A stretch of 63,657 nucleotides of DNA, filler included, from Vannella sp. (lineage: Eukaryota), in NCBI GenBank assembly GCA_023345925.1. It is 8 parts of 8 records of this genome, joined end to end, with 100 filler letters (N's around TTAATTAATTAA, not from the genome) between each part and the next. Parts side by side here need not be neighbours in the genome. Positions count along the whole stretch, not along the records: positions 44,246 to 50,673 come from JAJQQN010001234.1; positions 50,774 to 59,167 come from JAJQQN010000946.1; positions 59,268 to 63,657 come from JAJQQN010000021.1; 5 more parts are not named here. The stretch is one strand, 5' to 3'. Under the pieces are notes generated by a model, which saw only the letters and a list, made by a program, of their open reading frames with translations, was not told the origin of the DNA and ran no database searches. Below, in pieces: positions 48,555-59,574 of the stretch. The stretch's first letter is position 1. Each line of letters begins with the position of its first letter. A program made the translations under genes and the position numbers.

Positions 48555-50030
48555 ATGTCCTCCGTTTATGTGCTCGCTCCGCCCACGACAGGCAAAGTGC
48601 TGTTTCGGACGACGTGTGGGGACTTAGAGATCGAGTTGTGGGCTAAGGAGACTCCTAAAGCTACGCGGAACTTTGTACAGTTGTGTATGGAGGGCTACTA
48701 CGACGGTTGTCCCTTCCATCGCATTGTGAAGGACTTTATCGTTCAAACCGGCGATCCTTCTGGGCAGGGTGCGTCTCCTTATGGCTGGTTGCTTGTACGG
48801 AAGATGACAGGGTACCAGGAGGGAAAGGAGAGTCGATCTACGGGAAGCCCTTCCCAAACGAAGTCCATTCGCGGTTGCGCTTCAACCACCGAGGCATTGT
48901 CGCCATGGCTAACGGAGGCACCCAAATGAACTCATCCGAGGTACCTCTCTCTATGGCTCTGACATGGCTGATCTGACGAGGCGCGCAGTTCTTCATCACA
49001 ACAACGCCAAATGCGGATCACCTCAACGGGAAGAACACGATCTTTGGGAAGGTGGTGGGTGACACCATCTACAACGTTATGAAGATCAACGACTTTGAGG
49101 TGGACGAGGAAGGCCGTCCTCTCAACCCTGTCCAGATCCTCAGTGCGGAGATCATTTGGAACCCTTTCGAGGATATCGTGCCCCGCTCCACTCTTCTCTC
49201 CAAGCGCAGCGTGAGAGACATCGAAGCTAAGAAGGAGAGTGACAGGAAGAAGGCCAGAATCGCAAAGAAGTCAGTCTTCTGCTTGGATTGGAAGGGCTCT
49301 TTGTGCTGAGATGGGGCGATAGAGATCTGGGCCTACTGTCCTTTGCAGAGGAAGAGGAAGAAGAAGAAGAGAGTGCGATGATCAAGTTCGAAACACGACA
49401 GCGCCAATCCACTCAGAGAAAAGCAAACGTGAAGAAGATCCTCCGACCGCTGGCTGTTGCTCCTTCCTCCCAGCGCGCGCAAGAAGACTCCAAACAAACT
49501 GAGCTGAAGGAGAGTAAAGAAGGTGCTGAGAGCTTGCAAGAGGCTCTCCTTCAGAAGATGAGGAAGAAGCAAGAAGCCTACGATAAGCCCAATCCACCAG
49601 CAGCGCCCTCAGCAGGACCGGAAATGAAGAAGCCAGCTAAGGATGGTCAAGCTAGGGAGGCTTTGTTGGAGTTGGAGAGGCAGCGAGCCAAGTACAAGAA
49701 GAGGCAGTCAACAAGCAAGGCTGATCGCCAAAAGAACGCGTTGAAAGCCCTATCCGCCTTCAACAGCACTCTCCGAGCTCAGATCAAAGAAACGTCAGAG
49801 CACCAAGAAGAAGAGTCGGTTACACCAACCAAGGAGTTGATGTACGATCGAGACTACGACAAGGACGAGCCAGAGGATCCCTCTTGGATGAGTCACAAGC
49901 TCAAGTTCACCACTCCCATCCATGTAAGACCACCTCGCCCTCACTCATCCCTTCCTAACCTCTGAAGGACCCCCAACTGGATAACTACAAAGTCATCGAC
50001 ACTCTTCGGCCCACCAACTCAACCAAATAG
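48555..50030 (+). CDS. CWC27: Spliceosome-associated cyclophilin CWC27
   Basis: MSSVY..PPTTGKV..IELWAKETPKATRNFVQLCMEGYY, EVHSRLRFNHRG, GDTIYN, NPFEDIVPR and WMSHKLKF. Confidence 0.94.
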
Positions 50031-50237
50031 AACAAATCATGATTATAATGAGGATAGTTATTTAATACATTTTCTTGGGCGGCATTGGGAACACTTTGCA
50101 GCAAAAAGCGACCACCCAAACCGAGTGATCGGCCCATTCTACGCCCGTCTTCCCTGAAGTCATCCATAAACGGGTCTAAACCTTTACTCCTTCGAGAACC
50201 GCCGCAATCGGGAGCTATTTTCTTCTGGCTGCCAGTC

Positions 50238-50673
50238 ATGAGCCTCAAGAGCCCGATCCACACTTTAATCAAGGAAGAGCTCAACGTCCTTCAACAAGTA
50301 CGCTCTGCAAGGGCATCAGGACTCAAACCCTCGACCAAGCTGACGGAAGACATTTTTGTTAAGGGAGCCATTCACTTCTTCATGCATCCGATAGCCATCT
50401 CTGATATCCCATCAGGAGAAGGATGGAGATGGAATCAAACAAGAAAGAAGAAAGAACTCCAAGGAGACGCACTTGGCGAGGTGGGGACGATGACAAAACT
50501 TATTCCTCGGAAAAGCAAGAAAACTCCTTTGGACGCTCCTCCCTTCAAACTTTGGCACCTTTCCTTCGAAGGAGCGGGACTCCACTCAACAGTTCTTTAT
50601 TGCGAGCGAGGAAAGCCAGAAGAGCTCACCACACACTCCTCTCCTCTCTATGGTAGCAATTCTGCCCTTGAAG
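50238..50673 (+). CDS. Hypothetical basic protein, possible DNA-binding domain, 3'-truncated
   Basis: Open frame to the linker with GWRWNQTRKKK..KLIPRK..KLWHL..LYCERG. Confidence 0.5.
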
Positions 50674-50773
50674 NNNNNNNNNNNNNNNNNNNNNNNNNNN
50701 NNNNNNNNNNNNNNNNNTTAATTAATTAANNNNNNNNNNNNNNNNNNNNNNNNNNNNNNNNNNNNNNNNNNNN
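50674..50773. other. Artificial contig linker
   Basis: 44 N + TTAATTAATTAA + 44 N. Confidence 0.99.
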
Positions 50774-50944
50774 GGGATATATCTGATTAGTAAAGGTGAA
50801 ATTACGACCGGAATTCTAGTTGGCTTCCTCAGCTACGCCCAAAAGTTCTATCAGCCGCTCCAAATCCTCGGTTCAGTCTGGGGAACACTCCAAGAAGCTC
50901 TAGCGGCTTGGGATAGAATCCAGAATTTGTTAAGGTTGAAGTAG
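50774..50944 (+). CDS. C-terminus of a bacterial ABC exporter transmembrane domain (partial)
   Basis: GIYLISKGEITTGILVGFLSYAQKFYQPLQILGSVWGTLQEALAAWDRIQNLL* is a typical ABC TMD helix 6. Confidence 0.8.
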   Translation, partial: GIYLISKGEITTGILVGFLSYAQKFYQPLQILGSVWGTLQEALAAWDRIQNLLRLK

Positions 50945-50980
50945 TTTAGGAAATATTACTTTCTGACTTTTTTAAATACT

Positions 50981-51065
50981 ATCATTCTGAGCGCAGCGAA
51001 GAATCCTTCACGACTACGACTAAATTAACATCATGCACCGTCATCCTAAACTAGTTTCAGGACTC
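50981..51065. repeat. Two bacterial REP-like palindromic elements
   Basis: TCATTCTGAGCGCAGCGAAGAATC (about 50982-51005) and GTCATCCTAAACTAGTTTCAGGA (51040-51062) are short hairpins with TCAT leaders, a type seen in bacterial intergenic DNA. Confidence 0.55.
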
Positions 51066-51135
51066 CCCAACAACCAAAAAGTAATTTCTTCAAAGCACTT
51101 GACAACAAGTTATTTCAACAAAACAATCAGCAAAT

Positions 51136-51573
51136 ATGTCACCAAAAATAAAATTATTAATCGCAATCCCGTTAATCGCAGTTGCAGCATTTCTTTTAAT
51201 AATATCTTTCAAAAATCAAAAAATTGATAAGTCGCAGTTACCGAATGAACTGGGAGTTTTGGCTCCAAGTGTTTATCAAAAATTAACTGATAGCGAAATA
51301 AATATAACCAATGGTTTTGAAGAAGATATAACAATTAGTGCTGAAAAGCTTTTCAAGAACAAAAGAACTTTAACTTGGCTAGACTTGATTGAATCTGACA
51401 ACCGAAATAAGAAATCTGAATTAAATAATATTTCGAATGAATATAAAGTTTACATCTTAGAAAAGTGGAATCTAGCAAAGGTTGAAACGAATTCTGATTT
51501 TACAAAAGTAGAAGAATATTTTGGAAATAAATATCAAATTGAACTAGATAAGAACGCTTCCCAAGTGAAATAA
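51136..51573 (+). CDS. Bacterial-type hypothetical protein with N-terminal TM/signal anchor
   Basis: AT-rich, K/N/I-rich intronless ORF ending 7 bp before the ABC ATPase (operon spacing). Confidence 0.7.
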   Translation: MSPKIKLLIAIPLIAVAAFLLIISFKNQKIDKSQLPNELGVLAPSVYQKLTDSEINITNGFEEDITISAEKLFKNKRTLTWLDLIESDNRNKKSELNNISNEYKVYILEKWNLAKVETNSDFTKVEEYFGNKYQIELDKNASQVK

Positions 51574-51580
51574 TTAGTTT

Positions 51581-52315
51581 ATGTCCAAAATACTACAATT
51601 CAATAATATCACATTCTCATACGCTCCAGATTCCAAAGTAATTCTGAATAATATTTCACTGGAATTAGAACAAGGCAAATCATATGCCCTAATCGGTCCG
51701 ACAGGCGAAGGCAAAAGTACCACAGCTTCGTTAATGTCCAGATTACTCAAACCAACTTCTGGAACAATTTTATTTCACAACAAAGATTTGCAAGAATGGA
51801 AAGAAACAGACCTTGCCAAAGAGATAGGATTCATACTCCAAGAACCATATCTATTTTCTGGGACTTTACTCGACAATATAGTGTATGGCAACGATCAATT
51901 GATGCACTTTAGTTCTGCTTTCAATCCAAATGTATCCAAAGATGAAGGTAAAGAATTTGAGAAACTACTGAATGAGAAAGGATTAGACAAATTAATTGCA
52001 CTTTTTCCAGATCGTCTCAAGACTGAAGTTACTAACAATTCAGCCAATATTTCGTTAGGTCAAAAACAAATTATCAACTTTGTCCGTGTAATTCTACGAT
52101 CTCCATCGTTCCTAATTCTGGACGAAGCAACGGCTAACCTAGATACGATTACAGAAAAATTACTCCAAGAAATCCTAGACAAATTGCCACTAACCACAAC
52201 CAAAGTTATAATTGCACACAGACTCAACACAATCCGAAATGTTGATCAGATCTTTCAAGTTAGATTCCCTTTTGGCGGGAAGTTAAGATTGCCAAGGAAT
52301 CTGTTGGAGGTTTGA
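51581..52315 (+). CDS. Bacterial ABC transporter ATP-binding protein; native C-terminus lost at a junction near 52262
   Basis: Walker A GPTGEGKS, Q-loop ILQEPYLF, signature ISLGQKQ, Walker B LILDEATANLD and H-loop IAHRL. Base composition shifts after DQIFQV. Confidence 0.92.
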   Translation: MSKILQFNNITFSYAPDSKVILNNISLELEQGKSYALIGPTGEGKSTTASLMSRLLKPTSGTILFHNKDLQEWKETDLAKEIGFILQEPYLFSGTLLDNIVYGNDQLMHFSSAFNPNVSKDEGKEFEKLLNEKGLDKLIALFPDRLKTEVTNNSANISLGQKQIINFVRVILRSPSFLILDEATANLDTITEKLLQEILDKLPLTTTKVIIAHRLNTIRNVDQIFQVRFPFGGKLRLPRNLLEV

Positions 52316-52447
52316 TTGCCTCGGAAGTCAATGCCCCGGTAACTCTCTCAATGACAAGCAGCTCTAACAGAACTGCATCGGCCAGGTTTTGCCCTTCTTC
52401 CAGTGATTAGCCAAAAACGCCCGGCTGGTGGAAATGGAGAGACCAGA

Positions 52448-52513
52448 ACCTTCCAAAGGGCTCCAAAATCGATGGCGGATGGTTGGAATCGGATATTATA
52501 TGTTTTTAGGTTT
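52448..52513. repeat. Dispersed ~70-bp element, copy 2
   Basis: Aligns to 27310-27379 on a different contig. Confidence 0.75.
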
Positions 52514-52634
52514 TCAACTTTCTGCCTCCAATGAGTATTCAATTGAGAGTGATGAGCCAATCAGACGCTAGCCAGCGTCCGGGTGTGGTCACGATGATTT
52601 CCATCGTTCGATGATCATTATTTCAAACCAGAAC

Positions 52635-54103
52635 ATGAGCCAGGGGTCGTTTCCCCCTCCTTTGGTCGGGGCGTTGGGTGCTGGGTTACCGCGCCCTCCA
52701 CCTTCGCTTGTGAAACCACTATCAGGAGCAAGCTTGCCTCTTCCCTTGAAGATGGCCTCGGCAGGTGCCCTGCCGCCAGCTCCTCTGGGTGTTGGCGCCT
52801 TTCCTTTGCCTCCGCAGATCGCAGGCGGCCTTCCTCCTCCGATCGCTACTGTCCCTCCATCACTAGTTGTTGATTCTATCGCTGAGGATGCTCCACAGGA
52901 GGCTGAAGGGAGCGAGCTAGGGGTCGAGGAAGAGCCAGAAGAACCCCAAGGGCCCAGGTAAGTCAACTTCCCCGTAACAACAGAAGAAGCGAGCCTCAGA
53001 GGTGCTACGATAGCGAAGAGGAGATGATCGAAGCTTCACTGAAGCTGCAGACTGCTTTCCGTCGCTACAGACAGCAGAAAGCTTACAAAGAGCTCTATGA
53101 GAAGCGCAAATGGACCTTACACAAAGAGGGGGCTGTTCTCACCGATCACGTACGCTTACAGACTCTCTTCCCTTACTCAGACAACACTGACAGTCCTTGG
53201 ACCAGGTCACCAAGACTCGTGCGGCTGGACGGCCTGGAAGACGTCCTCCCACTCGGGGGAAGCGTCCTGTGGGCCTAGAGAAGCCCACATACGAAGCAGA
53301 GCATGTCATGCCAGACTTCTCTGCTGAGACAACTGGAGAAGACGGTCCATCTCGTGCAGCCCCTGCCGCGAGGCCGCGCCCTAAATCTGCCTTTGGAGGC
53401 CCAGGGGGTATGATGATGTTTGATCCTTCAAAGGTGCAACTGCGGAGTGCAGCTGCACGGGGATCCCTTCACTTGCCCAACTCCTCCGATGCAGTTCTCC
53501 CCAGCCGACCTGAGCCCGAACCCGTGGCTCCAGCTGTTACTGAGGCTCCAGTGGGCAGCGATCTTCCCCCTCCAAAGATGGCCTTCCCAGCACCACCAAT
53601 GGGCGACTCCCAGTCCCAAACAAGGCGGCAAGGGCCACCTTCCATCACACAAGTGGAACAGAAGAGGCAAACAACAGTGGGGAAGCTTCTCACTTCCTTC
53701 CTCTCAAAAAGACCCTCTCGGAGTGCTCTGGTAGCTGACGGCATTCTCAAAGCTGACGAATTAACAGAGGTGGAAGCGATTCCCGCTCCCAAAGCGGATG
53801 AAAGCCAAGCTGTTCTCGAGTCCCGACGTCCCAAAGTGGTTCCAGGGAAGAACTGTAACGAGGCACGATGCAAGAAGAAGATCAAAAGCAAGAAAGTAAG
53901 TCCCTTTGGCCGCCCAGACGGGTTCAAGTCACTAATTCACTTTCCAGGGGGAGCACTGCCCGCGCTGTGGAAAGGTGTACTGCAAAACGTGCTTGCTCTT
54001 TAAAACAGACCTTCCAGAGCTGGGCTATCCCACGGAAGTCTCCATCTGCTCGGTTTGCTTCCAATCGCGCATCACCGAAGGGCACGTCGGCAAGCGCCCC
54101 TGA
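52635..54103 (+). CDS. Putative actin regulator: Pro-rich, IQ, CPI-like, WH2-like, RPEL and FYVE-like motifs
   Basis: IQ: LKLQTAFRRY. CPI: LDQVTKTRAAGRPGRRPPTR. WH2-like: FDPSKVQLRS. RPEL: LTSFLSKRPSRSALVADGILK. Zinc finger after splicing: CNEARC..EHCPRCGKVYCKTC..ICSVC. Confidence 0.7.
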
Positions 54104-54197
54104 AGCACTAAAGTGGACTTATTGTAGCTTCTGTGTCTATGTCGCGTTCATTGGAGGGCTCTGCTACTCTGCAAGAGGCCGAAAAGGTCATTTTCTG

Positions 54198-55611
54198 ATG
54201 AGCGGGCCCGGCGACCGTCTCTTTGAGCAGCCCACTGTTAAGGTCTTCCCAGATGCCCTTCCACAGAGCAGTGGGAGTGCTAAGGGAGAGGGCTCCCAGG
54301 GAATGACGGAGAGCTTCAAGAAGAAGCGGGTGGCTGTGTCAGAGGCCCACTTGTCTTCGCTCCCGCCTCCGCCCTCCATTCTGAGCACCAGTATCGATGC
54401 TGTGCCGCAAACTGAGACGAAAACACAACACGACTCTTCTAACGCGTACGCATACGCTTCTGCAAGCTCTACGGTGGCTCCTGCTACCTCTGAAGCGTAT
54501 CACACCTCCTCTTCGGCCCCTTCCGTCCCCTCGTACGCTTGGGCACCTCCTACAACACCTGATGTTGTAAACCAAACCAGTCCGGTCCCTTCTTACCTCA
54601 ATTTCACTGCCGCAAGCGCCCAACCGACCCCACAAGCGGTCAACAGCACGGCTTCCTACGCAGTTGCAAGTGGCGCTGTCCCTCTGTACGCTCAGTTCAG
54701 TGCTATGAGCATAGAAAAGGTCCCCACTCCGCCAGTGGAAACAGTTGTCCAGTCAAGGCCTGCGCCAGTTGCCCCTGCGCCTTACAAACCACCCCCACTC
54801 GCCGCCCGCTCCGATTATGTTCTCTTCCACGGGTACCAGGAGCCGCAGAAGAGCAACATTTCGCTAGAGAAAGCCAAACCAACTCCTCTACCTTCATCTG
54901 CCAAACAGGCACTCTCTTGGGTGAGTTGGAATGTGCCAAATCACTTTTCTCACAGAATCCAGATGAATGCCTACGGCTCCTGCTCCGAGGACGAGTCCTT
55001 TGTTTTAGAGCAGTGGTTCCAGTCCGTAGACCAGGATAACAGCGGGTTGGTACCTCCCTGAGGGGCGAGTCTCTTCCTACTCACATTGGCGAAGGGAGAT
55101 CTCTTCTGATGAGCTTGAGGCTGCGTTAAACGCTGCCGGAGATAGATTTAGCCATGGAACAGTCAATCTGATGATCAAGATCTTTGACCTGGACCGGAGT
55201 GGCACAATTGACTTGCCAGGTAAGAGAAAAAGAGAGTTTCTGGGGTCGGGGAGTCACTCAGAGTGGGAATCAGAGTTCAAAAAGCTCTTCAAGTACATCA
55301 ACGCTATGAGAACCTCGTTTGAGTCTTTTGACGGGAGTAGACGAGGGACTTTAGATGAGGCCCAAACCAGACGGGCATTGGAAGCGGCTCAATATCCCTT
55401 CGTTGAAGAGCGTACCTTCTCAGCGTTGTATCAGAGATTTCAACGATCACCTTCAGAGCGCCTCTCCTTTGAACTTTTCATGCAACTGGCCATCTTTTTG
55501 GGCAACCTTCGCACTCTGTTCACTCTTCACGACCTTGACCGCGACGGCCTCATCGAGATCAACCAAGAGGAGTTCATTCTGCTAGATTGCGCCCAATACC
55601 GCCCCAACTAG
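54198..55611 (+). CDS. Penta-EF-hand protein (ALG-2/peflin-like) with a long P/S/A-rich N-terminus
   Basis: QWFQSVDQDNSG.ISSDEL, MIKIFDLDRSGTID, FESFDGSRRGTLD, LSFELF and DLDRDGLIEI. Confidence 0.88.
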
Positions 55612-55728
55612 ACGTTTCCAGAACAAAGCGAATCTCTTTTTCTGTAAGAGAATACTCCATTCTGGTGCTCTCGGATGCCTTTGAAGGCTCTTATGGCCGC
55701 CATAGAGTTGTAGAAAGACGCTTTTTGC

Positions 55729-56709
55729 TCATGTGTGGCTGGTTGGGTCACCGCGCTCCGGAAGTTTGACAAAACCGCGGCTGGGATGGATTGTCGCCAC
55801 TTCCGGGTCAGGTGGGAAGCCATCCGTGATGATGGCCCGTTCGTGGGGATTCACAGGGTCAGATAAACGGAAACCTCGTCCAGTGAACGTCTTTGGCGCT
55901 GGTGTCAGACTCACAGCTGGTGAGAGAGGAGGGAGGGCGGGGAGTGACGGTTGGACATGGCGTGGGCGGGTGAAGAACGTCCTCCAGCTATCCACAATGG
56001 AATCTTTCTGGGTAGTTGGTAAAGAAGAGAAGGGGCAGTACACGTAGGAGGACTGGTCAGCGATTAACCGAGCAAATCTCCACGAACTTGCTTCAAAACG
56101 TTGGATCAGAGACGGAGGAGGGAGCAGCCAGCTTGTAACATGATACATATACAGATAAGCTGCCAATATCCCACTCAAGTGCCCGGACATCGACGCGTGG
56201 GGGACGAGAAGCTGGGCGAAAGCGATCAAGAGCCAAGGATACACTTTGCTGGGGATTTGAAACCCAAAGAAGCTCTTGTCATGCTCCTGCGAATGACAAA
56301 GGATCGTTAGAAGTCCAAACAGGACCCCAGAGTACCCAATCGAGCAGCTTTCCCAACCTGAAGGAAGATGGAGAAGTTCAAGTCCGCCGTTCAAGAGAAC
56401 GTGAAGGAGCCCGCTGGTTATCATCAGAAGAAGTTGCAGGGATGCATACTGGAAAGATCCGAATAGGTTCTTCTCTAGCTGCTGGGCCAGCTGGGCCAGG
56501 AAGATCATGTTCATGAGCAGATGAAGCAACGAAGCGTGGAAGAACGGCGCAAAAGCCATCCTCCACACTTCCCCCAGCCACAGCACCGAGCGAGGATGCA
56601 AACACACCCTTCTTATCATCCCTGGAAAGGCTGAATCCACCCCAAAGACCACAACACACACCACAATCACCCAAAAGGTTGTCGAAGGCACCGCCCTCGC
56701 TCCTTCCAT
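55729..56709 (-). CDS. Rhomboid intramembrane protease (RHBDD1/RHBDL4-like)
   Basis: EVWR, FFHASLLHLLMN, catalytic GYSG and GHLSG. Confidence 0.92.
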   Translation of the reverse strand: MEGARAVPSTTFWVIVVCVVVFGVDSAFPGMIRRVCLHPRSVLWLGEVWRMAFAPFFHASLLHLLMNMIFLAQLAQQLEKNLFGSFQYASLQLLLMITSGLLHVLLNGGLELLHLPSGWESCSIGYSGVLFGLLTILCHSQEHDKSFFGFQIPSKVYPWLLIAFAQLLVPHASMSGHLSGILAAYLYMYHVTSWLLPPPSLIQRFEASSWRFARLIADQSSYVYCPFSSLPTTQKDSIVDSWRTFFTRPRHVQPSLPALPPLSPAVSLTPAPKTFTGRGFRLSDPVNPHERAIITDGFPPDPEVATIHPSRGFVKLPERGDPTSHT

Positions 56710-56806
56710 CCTTAATAATGCCTTCTCAGCCCTCAAACTCTGAGGAAATCCTCATTGAGAGCCGAAGTGAGAGCTAAAAGCTTCATTTCACCCCCGCCCG
56801 GAGGGG

Positions 56807-58975
56807 ATGGAAGGGATGGGGGAAATGCAACCTTTGAAGAGCGCTTCGTCGTTTCTTGGTGTTGGGCGCAGTGATTATGCTTCACCACAGAGTAGTATGT
56901 CGGATTTCGCTCATTTGGTGACCACAGCGAGTACCAGGCTGATACAGCCAGAGGAGGAGGAAGACTTGGGAAGGATGAGGCGCTCGCCCTCTGGCCCTCC
57001 CCCTTCCACTCTCTCTTTGGATGAATTTGGTGTAGAATGCGATGACGAAGATGATGATGAACCTGGGGAGCCTAAAGGATCGCCCCAGCACGAGTTCTAT
57101 CGAGACTACGAGAATAACTATGGTTATCGCTCTGGGCACTACTGTCCTTCCTTCCTCCCCAGCTCTCTACTCATCACTATCTTTGTACTATGTGCAGCAA
57201 ACGTCATCATGCTGTTGATTTGGTCCTTAGACCGCGAAGACACCTATGCTGGCGCCAACTTGATGGATTGGGCAGTGATAATGGACGTCTCTCTCGTCCT
57301 CTTGGGAGTTGTGTACGTCGTCGTGAAGATGGCTGGCCTAGCAGTTAGTCAGATCCGCAACTGCTTCATTCACCCTTTGGTGGAGCTGATTGTGTTGCAA
57401 TGGCAGATGTACGAAGTGGTTGTGATTGGCTTGATTTGGGGTGAGTCACTATCACTTGGACTTTAAGTGCGCTTTGGATGACGCTTCTGTAGGTACTGCA
57501 TTGGGGCAGGTCTCAAAGTACCCTTTGGATGACAATTTTTTCGATTGGAACGACACTTCGCGACAGGAACTGGGAAGGCTCCTTCATGGGAGTGTGGTTG
57601 CCATTTTCATACTCTCTGGTTTGCTTGCGTGCAAGATTTTGACCATATTCACGTACGAGACCAGATTGTACAGCGGTTTTCGCCACCTCATTGTCCTCTC
57701 CCTGAGAGAGCAGAGAGCGATTACTGGAATTGAAGCCGAACTGTTCCCTGTGTTGACTGAGAGGTTGCTCACAAAGAAATTCGGAGAGCTTGACCTTCAA
57801 AGCTACGTTTCTCGGACTCCTTTTTCTGCCGCTGGCGATTCCTACGAACGCATCACAACCGCTCCTGAACGAGTCAAGCTTTCCTCTGCATCGTCGATCT
57901 TTGCACGAAGACTGGTATCTCTCCACAGTACAGAGGGTGATGGATACCTTCGGGAAAGTGAATTTGCCAAATTGAGTGTTTCAGCCACTCTTTCCAAGGA
58001 AATGTTCTATTTTCTTGACACGGACAAGGATGGAAGAATATCAGTTGATGACATTCAGTTTGGACTCCGTCACGTCATGAAGCTGAGAAAAGAGATTCGA
58101 ATTGCCATGCAAAGTAAAAGGGTGTAGGTCTCTCTTCCTCCCAAGATGGCTCGTTTCCTGGCTAAATAGGGCACTTCTAGGTTGTTGGAGACTACTAATA
58201 GCATCATTAATGCTGCTATCATCGCGCTATCAGTCACAGTAGTCCTCGTTTTCATTTTCCAATTCGAGTTGGAGGAATTGGCGGTTCCCTTTACTTCTAT
58301 GATTCTGGCATTGTCCTTTGTCTACCAAAAGCTCCTTCAAGACTTGTTGAATAACCTTTACACAACCTACATCATCCGCCCTTGCAACATTGGTGACTTG
58401 ATTCAGTTTGATGGACAAAGATACTATGTGGAGCAAGTGGGACTCCTCTCCACCGTAGTGACCACAGAAGGTGAGAATCATCAGCTATTCAGTTTTCTTT
58501 TATTGACAGAAGACTGTCATAAGTGGGAGATGTCGTTTACTTCCAAAACACTCTTTTCCGTGAGAAACCTTTCCACAATCTCAGAAGGGGCACTTGGATG
58601 CGCATACGCGTTCGCTTCTACATTCAGCCTTCGACTACGTATGAACAAATTGAGGAACTGAGAAAGAGGATTGCTGCCTTTACTTCTGAAAACCAGGTCA
58701 AGTGAAATTCAGTATCTCACTTCCGCTTCCTCCTTACCCTTTCCCTTTAGGAGTTCTCTCAGCGGTGTTCCATTTTTGTGGAAGAAGACATGAACCCAGG
58801 CCCTGTTCTGGTTGTTCTAGGCAAGGTGAAGGGCTACGCACATTGGCAGCAGAAGAGCAAATGGCAAGCGGCGAGGACCAAACTCTTGTTGGCCGTGAGC
58901 GGTTTTGCTCAAGAGATGGACATTCTCGACCTCCGTAGCACTCTCTACGTCAACAGACCTCCCCAAAGCGTGTAG
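56807..58975 (+). CDS. MscS-like mechanosensitive channel with EF-hand (multi-exon)
   Basis: Several TM helices, EF-hand LDTDKDGRISVDDI, and MscS core LALSFVY..IIRPCNIGDLIQF..YYVEQVGLLSTV..NLRR. Confidence 0.85.
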
Positions 58976-59022
58976 GCTCTCTAAAGAATCACAGAAATGT
59001 CATTTGTAATTGGGCTACTCTG

Positions 59023-59167
59023 ATGGGCGAGCTGTTCCGCAAGGTGCAAGTGAACCAGCTCTCTTCTGACTTTCGTGTGTCCACAAGCATTGTTGAAGCA
59101 ACAGTGGGAGAGCTTAAGGAGGACGAGGTACTCATAAGGAACGCCTGGGTGGGGATCAACGCCTCCG
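59023..59167 (+). CDS. N-terminus of ZADH2/PTGR3-like MDR oxidoreductase (truncated)
   Basis: FRKVQV..LSSDFR..EVLIRNAWVGINAS. Confidence 0.75.
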
Positions 59168-59267
59168 NNNNNNNNNNNNNNNNNNNNNNNNNNNNNNNNN
59201 NNNNNNNNNNNTTAATTAATTAANNNNNNNNNNNNNNNNNNNNNNNNNNNNNNNNNNNNNNNNNNNN
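59168..59267. other. Artificial contig linker
   Basis: 44 N + TTAATTAATTAA + 44 N. Confidence 0.99.
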
Positions 59268-59367
59268 TCTCCAACCAAAGATTTTCTCTCCTTCTTCGAC
59301 TAGAAAGGACCAACGCGCCAAATGTGGCCATAAAAGTGATGTTGCAAAAAAGAAAACAATGCCAAAA

Positions 59368-59439
59368 AGCCGATGGCGGGGATCGAACCCGCAACCCTTA
59401 GCTTAGAAGGCTAATGCTCTTCCATTGAGCTACACCGGC
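59368..59439 (-). tRNA. tRNA-Arg(UCU), intronless
   Basis: GCCGGTG TAGCTCAATGGAAGAGC A TTAGC CT TCT AA GCTAA GGGTT GCGGG TTCGATC CCCGC CATCGGC T, followed by a T-run Pol III terminator. No encoded CCA. Confidence 0.96.
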
Positions 59440-59574
59440 GGATCAAAACAAAAGATGATGAGAATATTTCCAATATAAAATATAAAAAATGATGGTGGTT
59501 TTTTCCTGTTCTTCTTGGGAGCTTGAGACAATCGATTATTTCTTGCGGAAGCTTTCCCATTTATTATTCTCTCG

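Noticed and set aside
13819..59267. Seven recurring TTAATTAATTAA motifs flanked by N runs, and ORFs ending in X..LIN
   Set aside because: Artificial linkers. Gene adjacency across them has no biological meaning.
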